Positions 32,294 through 40,692 of a stretch of 64,000 nucleotides of DNA are shown one piece after another. This stretch comes from Rickettsiales bacterium (lineage in GTDB: Bacteria; Pseudomonadota; Alphaproteobacteria; Rickettsiales; RI-342). Position 1 is the stretch's first letter, and every line of letters starts with the position of its first letter. The stretch is from NCBI GenBank assembly GCA_044368015.1, contig JBIPLF010000001.1, positions 10,939 through 74,938 on the forward strand, written 5' to 3'. The notes beneath the pieces were generated by a model. It was not told where the DNA came from and searched no databases. It worked only from the letters and a program-made list of their open reading frames with translations. The position numbers and the translations under genes were made by a program.

Positions 32294-33853
32294 CTACCCA
32301 GAGACCATGTTACGACTGGCATTGAGTAAACACTGATCCAAATCATTGCCTAGGTTAAAATACATGGCTTGATCGTAGAACCTTGGTTTGATGCCTGTAT
32401 AGAAAAAATGGCCTGTGAGGATGCCGTTCTCATCCATTGGGCCGGGCTTATATCCAAAAAGCAACTGCGTGCTGATAATCTCGCCTTCCATCCCCACCAC
32501 TTCTTCAATATGGGTGATTCGCCGACGCCCATCCCGCATCCTCGATACCTGCACCACGATATTGATGGCGCTGGAAATTTGCTTCCGCATGGCGGTAACT
32601 GGCATGCTCAGCCCCGCCATGGCGATCAGGTTTTCCACACGCGACAAGCAATCGCGGGGGCTATTGGAGTGGATGGTCGCCATGGAACCGTCATGGCCGG
32701 TATTCATGGCGGAGAGCACGTCGATCACCTCATCGCCACGAATCTCCCCCAGAATGATGCGGTCAGGACGCATCCGCAGGGCGTTTTTCACCAGCATTCG
32801 CTGGTTGATCTCCCCCGTACCCTCATTATTGGCAGGGCGTGTTTCCATCCGTAACACGTGTGGTTGATGCAGTTGCAATTCCGCTGCATCCTCGATGGTA
32901 ATCACCCGCTCGCCGGGCGCAATATAGCCTGAAAGCGCATTCAGCAGCGTGGTTTTACCGCTACCCGTACCGCCGGAAATCAGCACATTCTGCCGGCACG
33001 CCGCGGCAATCCCTAGAAAAGCACACATCTCCTCGGTGATAGAACCGTAATTGAGATAGGCCGAGAGCGGCATCTTATTGGGTTTGAATTTCCGGATAGA
33101 GACCAGACTGCCATCCAGCGCCAGCGGCGGAATGATGGCGTTAAAACGAGAACCATCCGGCATCCGCGCATCCACCATCGGATTGGCCTCATCCACGCGC
33201 CGCCCTACCGGCGACACGATCTTCTGGATGATGTTAATCAGATGCGCTTCGCTGGCGAAGGTAATGTCGGTGAGGTAAATTTTCCCACCCTTCTCAATGT
33301 AAATCTGACGTGGCCCATTGACCATGATATCGGAAATATCTTTGTCGGCAATCAGCGCTTCCAGCGGTCCAAACCCAAGAATTTCGCGGACACTGGCTTC
33401 GCTCAGCAATTGATGCTGCTGATCGTTGAGCGGAATCGTGATTTCAGCCAGCAACTTCGTAGCGGATTCCCGTACCTTCTGCTTTTTAATCGTTTCCGGT
33501 AGATTGTTGAGCGCGGTAAAATCCAGTTTCTCCAGCAGATTTTCTATAAGCAGCCGTTTGGCCTTCAGGTAGTCTTCTGTCTCCAGCGTTGGATTGGTAT
33601 AAGGCAGCATGGCAGTGGCCGTTGTCATATGCCGGAAGAGTCCATCCCCCACACCGATCCCTTGCGGAATGCTGGTTGGCACTGCCAGTATGGGCTTGCC
33701 GGTACCTCCTTGTACGGGAGGAGTTTGCACGGCTGGTTTGGGAGTGTCAGATGCAGGAGCGGATACTTGCTTCTGTACGGGGGGTACGGCAACCGCAGCA
33801 GGACGCACGGGAGCAGCAACCGGTTCCGCTGATGGTTTCTTCCCGAATCCCAT
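32294..33853 (-). CDS. cpaF: Tad/Cpa secretion ATPase CpaF/TadA (VirB11-like)
   Basis: Walker A GGTGSGKTTLLNAL, ITIEDAAEL, ALRMRPDRIILGEIRGDE and AMNTGHDGSMATIHSNS. A long Pro/Ala-rich N-terminus is present. The ATG at 33853 follows GGGAGG; the GTG at 33862 is an alternative. Confidence 0.92.
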   Translation of the reverse strand: MGFGKKPSAEPVAAPVRPAAVAVPPVQKQVSAPASDTPKPAVQTPPVQGGTGKPILAVPTSIPQGIGVGDGLFRHMTTATAMLPYTNPTLETEDYLKAKRLLIENLLEKLDFTALNNLPETIKKQKVRESATKLLAEITIPLNDQQHQLLSEASVREILGFGPLEALIADKDISDIMVNGPRQIYIEKGGKIYLTDITFASEAHLINIIQKIVSPVGRRVDEANPMVDARMPDGSRFNAIIPPLALDGSLVSIRKFKPNKMPLSAYLNYGSITEEMCAFLGIAAACRQNVLISGGTGSGKTTLLNALSGYIAPGERVITIEDAAELQLHQPHVLRMETRPANNEGTGEINQRMLVKNALRMRPDRIILGEIRGDEVIDVLSAMNTGHDGSMATIHSNSPRDCLSRVENLIAMAGLSMPVTAMRKQISSAINIVVQVSRMRDGRRRITHIEEVVGMEGEIISTQLLFGYKPGPMDENGILTGHFFYTGIKPRFYDQAMYFNLGNDLDQCLLNASRNMVSG

Positions 33854-33873
33854 ACCGACCACCTCCCTTTATC

Positions 33874-35091
33874 CTATACTTTGCGTTGGAAAATACTACC
33901 CAGCCGTGAGCGTGGAGCATCATTGTCCTGTGCGTCCGCCACTTCTGCGACAGGCGTCTGCCCCATGATAACCCGGCCGACAAACTCACTCAATTGCCGA
34001 TTGAGCAGCGATTCCCCCATTTGCGATAAGGTTCTGCCCTGACTCTCTGCCGAGGCAATCAGCTTAATGTCATTGGCCAGAAATGCGCTGATCGGATGCC
34101 CGCAAATCGCTTCAAAATCACGGGCGGTGATCGCTTCCTTGAATTTCGCGCCGCTGCGGTTAATCATCACATGGCTGGTGGCCATATCCACCTGCGCTTC
34201 TTTCCAGGCTGCAAAAATCCGTGCTGTATGCGTCACCGAGCGCAACCACATCTGCGCAACCACGACATTATGGGTTGCAAGCCCGATCACATTCGCTACC
34301 CATGGCGCCCAGATATGGGGCAAATCCAACACAATCACATCATATTGCGAGGCAAGCGACGTCACCAGTCCCTTCACTGCTTCCGGCTGCACTTCTGGCC
34401 AGAATTTGAGCGCGGCAGGCGCCGAGATGATATCGAACGTATCCTGATACCGCACCGTCATACGACGGAGCAGGGTGTTGTCGATCACCCGACCGGAATC
34501 CTCCAGTAATTCTCTGATACCGTATGGGGAAGACACATCCAGATTGCGAGCCACCATCCCAAACTGGAAGTCCATATCCACCACAATCGTGCGCATCCGG
34601 TACTGCGTTGCCAGCAGATACGCCGTGTTCACCGCCACGGTACTGGCTCCATCACCCGATGCCGCACTGAGGAACGTGATCACCTTGGCAGACCCGGCTT
34701 TTTGTAAATCGCCTTCCTTACTCGCCGTCAGTACGTTACGGATATCGGTAATGCGCGCAGGACGCAGGAAATACTCCAAAATACCCTTATCCTTCAAGGC
34801 ACGGTAAAACTGAATGTCATTCACCGTACCAATCACCACCGCATGGGTATCGGCTGCGCAATGCTCGGCCACCCCATCCAGATAGGCGAGCACCTCTTCC
34901 GAAGCGCCGACTGTCTCAATTACCAGATAGAGTGGGGGAATCGGCCGCGCCGTCAGCTGTTGCAGAACATGCTCCGAAGAACCATAGACATGGTGAACGC
35001 TACCAAGATTCAGGGCCGTACGCAGCTGATCGGCGAAGGCTTCGCCGTCGGCGTCAACGCTGATCACTACCAGTGGACTATGCACTCCCAT
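33874..35091 (-). CDS. cpaE: CpaE/TadZ-like pilus localisation ATPase homolog (receiver-like N-domain + MinD/ParA-like domain)
   Basis: 405 aa with CpaE-like architecture and blocks (VVDMDFQFG, YDVIVLDLPH, INR..). The P-loop position reads SAASGDGAST instead of the usual (G/S)AKGGxG(A/K)(S/T)T. Confidence 0.78.
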   Translation of the reverse strand: MGVHSPLVVISVDADGEAFADQLRTALNLGSVHHVYGSSEHVLQQLTARPIPPLYLVIETVGASEEVLAYLDGVAEHCAADTHAVVIGTVNDIQFYRALKDKGILEYFLRPARITDIRNVLTASKEGDLQKAGSAKVITFLSAASGDGASTVAVNTAYLLATQYRMRTIVVDMDFQFGMVARNLDVSSPYGIRELLEDSGRVIDNTLLRRMTVRYQDTFDIISAPAALKFWPEVQPEAVKGLVTSLASQYDVIVLDLPHIWAPWVANVIGLATHNVVVAQMWLRSVTHTARIFAAWKEAQVDMATSHVMINRSGAKFKEAITARDFEAICGHPISAFLANDIKLIASAESQGRTLSQMGESLLNRQLSEFVGRVIMGQTPVAEVADAQDNDAPRSRLGSIFQRKV

Positions 35092-35252
35092 AGAATTCCA
35101 TAACCGTTGATGTTTGCCAAGCCCACAATGCGCCTCCGCCGTAGCTGGGAAAACGCATCCACGGTTTCACCCTACGCATCAAAGACTAAGAAAAAATGAA
35201 TGCGCGGGAACGTCACAACAAAAATCAGGGTTGTGGCAAAGAGGATACAGTA

Positions 35253-35801
35253 TTACGCGAATTCTGCAACTTGTTCAGGCAAAGTCAGGTTGTTCTTGGA
35301 GCCACGGGAGATCGCGGTCACCCCGGTTCGGCAGAGTTCGACCATCCCCAGAGGGCGCATCAATTCAATAAAGGCGGTCACTTTTTCCGAATCGCCGGAA
35401 ATCTCAAAAATAAAGGAATGGTGGGTGGCGTCCACCACTTTGGCGCGGAAAATATCGGCAATACGCAGCGATTCCACACGGGACTTCCCCTTCGCCGCCA
35501 CCTTCAACAGGGCGATCTCCCGCTCCACATACGGGCCGTGCTCGGTGAGGTCCAGCACGCTATGCACCGGCACCAACCGGTTGAGCAACGCCTTGATCTG
35601 CTCAATCACCATCCGCGACCCGGTGGTGACGATAGTAATGCGCGAGAGCTTCTGCTCGGCCTCCACCTCCGCCACGGTGAGGCTGGTGATGTTGTACCCG
35701 CGACCGGAAAAAAGCCCGATCACCCGTGCCAGCACGCCGAACTCGTTCTCCACCAGCACGGAGATGGTATGGGATTCAACGGTGGTATCGCGGGTGGCCA
35801 T
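35253..35801 (-). CDS. ilvH: Acetolactate synthase small (regulatory) subunit
   Basis: HTISVLVENEFGVLARVIGLFSGRGYNITSLTVAE......SRITIVT (ACT domain) plus the C-terminal AHAS small-subunit domain. The start is at MATRD (35801). Confidence 0.92.
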   Translation of the reverse strand: MATRDTTVESHTISVLVENEFGVLARVIGLFSGRGYNITSLTVAEVEAEQKLSRITIVTTGSRMVIEQIKALLNRLVPVHSVLDLTEHGPYVEREIALLKVAAKGKSRVESLRIADIFRAKVVDATHHSFIFEISGDSEKVTAFIELMRPLGMVELCRTGVTAISRGSKNNLTLPEQVAEFA

Positions 35802-35857
35802 GGAGGGATCATAAGACTGAGAAAGAGGGGATGCAAGCGTTGCGTAAAACGGCCCCC

Positions 35858-36751
35858 TTAAATACCAGGAACGAATATCAACCCACACGCCACCCCTGTG
35901 TAAGTAGCCGTGTTATAACTGGCTGTACTGCCAGCAGCGGCAGCACCAGTCACGCAGTTTGGATTGTAAACTGCATGAAATGATCGCACCACACCCGTGG
36001 CAGGAATGCCATCATCTATTTTCTGGTCTATCTGAAATGCTTCTGCGGGAGTCAGCACATTACCCTGTGTTTCTGCCGTAGCCACTTTGGAGCCAAAGTA
36101 GACATGGTTTCCATAAAAACCATCATAGTTATAAGGACTGCCGGACAGGGCACCGTAGTAGTACCATGAAAAGCCAGTACCAGACAGCCGTCCCGCGGGA
36201 ACATTACTTCCTATCACCGCATCATGCGTACTTCCCGAACCACTCAACCCTGAATAGACTCCTTTTATCATCCCCGCCAATGCCATCTGTTCCCACGCCC
36301 CGAAAATTTCTCCCGCAGCGCCAGACGCGCTGGCCACGTTTAATTGCCCATTTCCATTGCCATTAGCTACGGCGGCTCCCCAAAAAGTGGACGCATTCGT
36401 GATGTCCCCGGGCAAACCTTGATACTTGTCGATAAATGTCTGCGTGGCAGACTCGTACGCCTGCCAGTCTTGTGCAACAGCATTGACCTGCATCGAGCGA
36501 ATCATGCTGCGGCCCACCATCACTCCGCCGAGAATCAGGCCGATGATGACGAGGACGATGGAGAGTTCCACAAGGGTGAAACCGGGAGAGGCAAGAACCC
36601 TCCCCCTGTGGGAGAGGGCAGGGTGAGGGAGCTTCGACAGCGCATGAGCCTTTTCCCTCACCCCACCCCTCTCCCACAGGGAGAGGGAGCTACCCCCTAC
36701 CCTACTGGCAACTGGCAACTGGCAACACATCGTTCCTCCCGCATGGCGCAC
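35858..36751 (-). CDS. Type IV pilin-like protein, paralog P2, with an abnormally long repeat-derived 5' extension
   Basis: The mature part G|[29 protein letters not shown]... is collinear with P1 and P3. No ATG/GTG/TTG lies within ~45 codons upstream of the cleavage Gly. The only in-frame starts (36751, 36730) sit beyond the repeat at 36598-36726. Confidence 0.65.
   Translation of the reverse strand: MRHAGGTMCCQLPVASRVGGSSLSLWERGGVREKAHALSKLPHPALSHRGRVLASPGFTLVELSIVLVIIGLILGGVMVGRSMIRSMQVNAVAQDWQAYESATQTFIDKYQGLPGDITNASTFWGAAVANGNGNGQLNVASASGAAGEIFGAWEQMALAGMIKGVYSGLSGSGSTHDAVIGSNVPAGRLSGTGFSWYYYGALSGSPYNYDGFYGNHVYFGSKVATAETQGNVLTPAEAFQIDQKIDDGIPATGVVRSFHAVYNPNCVTGAAAAGSTASYNTATYTGVACGLIFVPGI
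36598..36726. repeat. Composite repeat: GC-rich inverted repeat (CCCTCCCCCTGTGGGAGAGGGCAGGGTGAGGGA / TCCCTCACCCCACCCCTCTCCCACAGGGAGAGGG) + (CTGGCAA)x3
   Basis: Read directly from the sequence. The same CTGGCAA tract and palindrome type occur at 39023-39144. A half-palindrome matches 50989-51024 almost exactly. Confidence 0.85.
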
Positions 36752-36886
36752 ACAACACGCCCATTTTACCCACCCGCCGTCTCAAAGTCATCTGTGTTTC
36801 CCGCCTCTCTCTGTAAACGCCGTTGCCATCGGTGCGGGACTGGGATAATTTGGCCACCATTCACCCTGTTTCAGGAGCCACTCCCC

Positions 36887-38305
36887 ATGCCAGAAGCCGT
36901 CCGTTCCCTTTCCTCCGATACCCGCACCGAAACCGATAGTTTTGGCCCGTTGCAGGTTGCATCCGACCGTTATTGGGGCGCGCAGACAGAGCGTTCGCTG
37001 GGGAATTTCAAAATCGGCGGCGAAACCATGCCCGTCCCGCTGATCCGAGCGCTGGGGATCGTGAAATACGCCGCCGCTGCGGTGAATATGAAGCTCGGCG
37101 TGCTGGATGCCACGATCGGCAAACCCATCCTGCAAGCCGCAAACGAGGTGATGGACGGCAAGCTGAATGACCATTTCCCGCTAGTGGTGTGGCAGACCGG
37201 TTCCGGCACGCAAACCAACATGAACGCCAACGAGGTCATCTCCAACCGCGCCATTGAACTGATGGGCGGGGTGATTGGCTCCAAAAAACCGGTGCATCCC
37301 AACGATCACGTGAATATGGGGCAATCCTCCAACGACACCTTCCCCACCGCGATGCATATCGCCGCCGGGGAACAGGTGGTGGCCTCCCTCATCCCCGCAC
37401 TGAAGCATCTGATGACCGCGCTCGCCGCCAAGCAGGAAGCGTTTAAGGACATCATCAAAATTGGCCGCACTCATTTGCAGGACGCCACCCCCATGACGCT
37501 GGGGCAGGAATTCTCCGGCTACACGGCGCAGATCCGCTACGGCATTGCGCGGCTGGAGGCCTGCCTGCCCCGCGTGATGATGCTGGCGCAAGGCGGTACG
37601 GCGGTCGGCACGGGGTTGAACGCCAAGGAAGGCTTCGCAGAAGGGTTTGCGGCGGAAGTCGCCAGCATCACCAAACTCCCCTTCATCACGGCGGAGAACA
37701 AGTTCGAGGCGCTCGCCACCCACGATACGATGGTGGAACTCTCCGGCGCCCTGAACGTGCTGGCGGTCAGCCTGATGAAAATCGCCAACGATATCCGCCT
37801 GCTGGGCAGCGGCCCGCGCTGCGGCATCGGCGAGCTGCTGCTACCGGAAAACGAACCCGGCTCCTCCATCATGCCGGGCAAGGTGAACCCCACCCAGTCC
37901 GAGGCCATGACCATGGTCTGCGCGCAGGTGATGGGTAACCATGTGGCGGTGACGGTCGCCGGTTCCAACGGGCATTTTGAGCTGAATGTCTTCAAACCCG
38001 TGATCATTTACAATGTGCTGCAATCCATCCGGTTGATTGCCGATGCCAGCCGTAGCTTCGCCGATAACTGCGTGGTGGGGATTGAGGCCAACCGCGAGCG
38101 GATCGACCGCATCATGCGCGAATCGCTGATGCTGGTGACCGCGCTCAACCCACATATCGGTTACGATAACGCCGCCAAAGCCGCCAAAAAAGCGCATCAG
38201 GAAGGCACCACCCTGAAAGAAGCCTGCCTGAGCCTTGGCCTCCTCACCGACGCGCAATTCGACGCATGGGTGCGGCCGGAAACCATGGTCGGCCCACGGA
38301 AATAG
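36887..38305 (+). CDS. fumC: Fumarate hydratase, class II
   Basis: [33 protein letters not shown] (the class II signature GSxxMPxKxN), 472 aa. The ORF-track N-terminal extension from 36344 runs antisense through the pilin and repeat region and is rejected. Confidence 0.95.
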   Translation: MPEAVRSLSSDTRTETDSFGPLQVASDRYWGAQTERSLGNFKIGGETMPVPLIRALGIVKYAAAAVNMKLGVLDATIGKPILQAANEVMDGKLNDHFPLVVWQTGSGTQTNMNANEVISNRAIELMGGVIGSKKPVHPNDHVNMGQSSNDTFPTAMHIAAGEQVVASLIPALKHLMTALAAKQEAFKDIIKIGRTHLQDATPMTLGQEFSGYTAQIRYGIARLEACLPRVMMLAQGGTAVGTGLNAKEGFAEGFAAEVASITKLPFITAENKFEALATHDTMVELSGALNVLAVSLMKIANDIRLLGSGPRCGIGELLLPENEPGSSIMPGKVNPTQSEAMTMVCAQVMGNHVAVTVAGSNGHFELNVFKPVIIYNVLQSIRLIADASRSFADNCVVGIEANRERIDRIMRESLMLVTALNPHIGYDNAAKAAKKAHQEGTTLKEACLSLGLLTDAQFDAWVRPETMVGPRK

Positions 38306-38308
38306 GCG

Positions 38309-39718
38309 GTGGAGCCGGAAGCACTCCACGCCCGCCTCACCGCTCTGGAACAACGCGCCCGTACCGGCGGGTATGACCTGAAGCTCACCCGGATGCGGGA
38401 TTTGCTGGAGCGGTTGGGCAATCCGGAAGCACAGCTCCCGCCGGTGATTCATGTCGCGGGCACCAACGGCAAAGGTTCCACCATCGCGTATCTGCGGGCG
38501 ATGCTGGAGGCGTGGGGCAAGCGGGTGCATGTCTATACCTCGCCGCATCTGGTGCGGTTCAATGAGCGCATCCTCCTCGCCGGACAGGAGGTAGACGACG
38601 CCACATTGGAAGCCGAACTCGCCGCCATTCAGCCCGCAGTGGACGCCACCAACGCCAGTTTTTTTGAGGCCACCACGGCGCTGGCCTTCCGCCTGTTTGC
38701 GCGTGTTCCTGCCGATATCCTGCTACTGGAAACGGGGTTGGGCGGCAGGCTGGACGCCACCAATGTGATTGAGAAACCGCTCGCCACCATCATCACCCCC
38801 ATCGGCATGGATCACACCGCCTATCTGGGGGAGACGCTCGCCGCCATCGCAGGCGAAAAGGCGGGCATCATCAAGCCCGGCGTGCCGGTGATCCTCGCCC
38901 CGCAAGCCCCGAAAGCGGAGGCCGTGCTGGTGGAAAACGCAAATCGTCTGGGCGCGCCCTGTTATCGTTATGGCGTGGAATGGGGGATGGAGGGGAACAC
39001 ACTGTATTTTCAGCACGCAGAGTTCAGGATTCAGGATTCAGAAAGCCCCCTCCCCGGAGGGGGGAGGGAGGAGGCAGCGCCTCCAAGAGAGAAGATAACT
39101 GGCAACTGGCAACTGGCAACTGGCAACTCAACCCTCAACCCTCATCACGACACCCTCCCCCCTCCCGCCCTCCCCGGCGCGCATCAGTGGCAGAATGCTG
39201 GCACGGCAGTTGCTTGTTGTCTGGCGCTGTGGGGGAGCGCCTTTCCGCCCGCCGCCATGCAGGCCATTACCCATGCCCGGTGGCCTGCGCGGTTGCAGTG
39301 GCTTGTGCGCCTTCCCTATGGCATCGCGCTTCCGGAAACGGCGCGTGTCTGGCTGGATGGCGGGCACAATCCCCATGCGGCGGAAGCAATCGCCACCTTC
39401 CTGCGCGCAGACGGCAAAAATTGCCGGTGTGTGTTGGTGTGTGGTATGCTGGCGGATAAGGATGTGGAGGGGTTTCTTAACCCTCTGCGTGCTATACTAA
39501 GCCGATGTATTGCCGTACCGATTGCAGGTGCAAGTCAGGCGATAGCGCCGGAAGCGCTGGCCAGCATCGCGCAAGGGCTGGGTATCCCGGCGGTCGCGTG
39601 CGATAGTCTGGAAACCGGGCTGCGTGAGGCGGTGCAAACGCGGGACGATCCCCGGCCCCTGCGGCTGGTGATTGCCGGGTCACTTTATTTAGCGGGGGTG
39701 TGTTTACGCGATGCATGA
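38309..39718 (+). CDS. folC: Bifunctional folylpolyglutamate synthase / dihydrofolate synthase, carrying a repeat-encoded insert
   Basis: VIHVAGTNGKGST (P-loop), LETGLGGRLDATNV and AGEKAGIIKPG. The C-terminal domain is present. Residues around [42 protein letters not shown] are encoded by the repeat at 39023-39144. Confidence 0.9.
   Translation: MEPEALHARLTALEQRARTGGYDLKLTRMRDLLERLGNPEAQLPPVIHVAGTNGKGSTIAYLRAMLEAWGKRVHVYTSPHLVRFNERILLAGQEVDDATLEAELAAIQPAVDATNASFFEATTALAFRLFARVPADILLLETGLGGRLDATNVIEKPLATIITPIGMDHTAYLGETLAAIAGEKAGIIKPGVPVILAPQAPKAEAVLVENANRLGAPCYRYGVEWGMEGNTLYFQHAEFRIQDSESPLPGGGREEAAPPREKITGNWQLATGNSTLNPHHDTLPPPALPGAHQWQNAGTAVACCLALWGSAFPPAAMQAITHARWPARLQWLVRLPYGIALPETARVWLDGGHNPHAAEAIATFLRADGKNCRCVLVCGMLADKDVEGFLNPLRAILSRCIAVPIAGASQAIAPEALASIAQGLGIPAVACDSLETGLREAVQTRDDPRPLRLVIAGSLYLAGVCLRDA
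39023..39144. repeat. Composite repeat: (TTCAGGA)x2.7 + short GC palindrome (CCCCCTCCCCGGAGGGGGGAGGG) + (CTGGCAA)x4 + (CTCAACC)x2.5
   Basis: Read directly from the sequence. It lies wholly inside the folC reading frame. Confidence 0.85.
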
Positions 39719-40094
39719 CGGAATCGACGAAAGCCCGGAATTTACGCCCCTGCTACTGGCACAGCGTCGCTGGGTAGATCCGCCACGCCTCAAATACAAG
39801 GTGTTCATCAACAAGCAGGATTATGTGGTGGTGGAAGCCGATAGCGTGTCGCAGGCGCTCCGCCTGTGCGAGGTGCCACACCCCATCCGCGTGGAACCCT
39901 ATGTGGCGGATTACCAGCTCTTTGCCGAACCCGCCCTGATGACCGAAGTGGTGGGGAAATGCGTCTTCTCCCCGGTGGAAGGCCATCGCCGCTACGATCC
40001 GGTCGTCGATCACGACCGCATGACCACCATCACGCAGGCCTCCGGCATCCAGCGCGCCGATATTGGTGGCGGATGGGAACACAACAACGGTTAG
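39711..40094 (+). CDS. Hypothetical protein (127 aa)
   Basis: Its ATG overlaps the folC stop by 8 nt, which suggests coupling. No recognisable motif. Confidence 0.45.
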   Translation: MHDGIDESPEFTPLLLAQRRWVDPPRLKYKVFINKQDYVVVEADSVSQALRLCEVPHPIRVEPYVADYQLFAEPALMTEVVGKCVFSPVEGHRRYDPVVDHDRMTTITQASGIQRADIGGGWEHNNG

Positions 40095-40161
40095 GCATCA
40101 CCGGCGGAGTTTTAAGCCGGTGGGGGAGTATAAGATTCTTGCGTGAAAGCCATACCCCCTT

Positions 40162-40310
40162 TAGATGGTGTCGTCAAATTCTACTGTCATGGCCTACAAA
40201 CCGCAGCTTTCTGCGCTTCCGGCTTTCATGTATCACAAATACACTGGAACTTCCGGTTCTCGAAAACCGCCGTTTTCGGCACATATCAGCGAATTTGACG
40301 ACACCATCTA
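40162..40310. repeat. 149-bp element bounded by a perfect 20-bp inverted repeat (TAGATGGTGTCGTCAAATTC / GAATTTGACGACACCATCTA)
   Basis: The arms were read directly from the sequence. The interior has a CGAAAAC-CGCC-GTTTTCG hairpin and a CTTCCGG direct repeat. It ends 29 nt before the small gene at 40339. Confidence 0.75.
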
Positions 40311-40338
40311 GGAACAAGGAAAAAAAACAAACAGGGAG

Positions 40339-40569
40339 ATGAAGATGGCTCAGCAAACAGTAACCGTTACTTATCCTACGAGAGATCCACACGGAAACCG
40401 CAGAGTTGTCGAGACGGTTGCCGCGTCCCTTACCGGTGTCGAACCCGTACACGTGTATGCCAACCTCAGGGCGGGTACCGTGGCGATTGCGGTTCCACAA
40501 GATACAGACCCCCAGGAAATCGCCAAAGCTTTATTACAAGGCGCTGACTATCAGTACACCGTCGGTTAA
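40339..40569 (+). CDS. Hypothetical small protein (76 aa)
   Basis: GGGAGA precedes the ATG. The region has lower GC. A degenerate paralogous copy lies at 58513-58735. Confidence 0.5.
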   Translation: MKMAQQTVTVTYPTRDPHGNRRVVETVAASLTGVEPVHVYANLRAGTVAIAVPQDTDPQEIAKALLQGADYQYTVG

Positions 40570-40692
40570 CACATAATCATCAAATTTTTCGCTAAATGTG
40601 AATACTTCCCGGCCAGTTAAGTGGCTTTTCTCTGGATTTTTATCGGGTTTGTGCCAAGCATAATCGAGATGATTCAGGAGAAACGCTCCCCC

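Noticed and set aside
36344-36886. The 653-aa ORF-track version of fumC, starting at 36344.
   Set aside because: The first ~180 codons run antisense through pilin P2 and the composite repeat and have no FumC similarity. A normal FumC N-terminus begins at the ATG at 36887.
40162-40310. The inverted-repeat element as a retron msr/msd locus.
   Set aside because: No reverse transcriptase gene lies nearby. The downstream genes are a 76-aa orphan and dapE.
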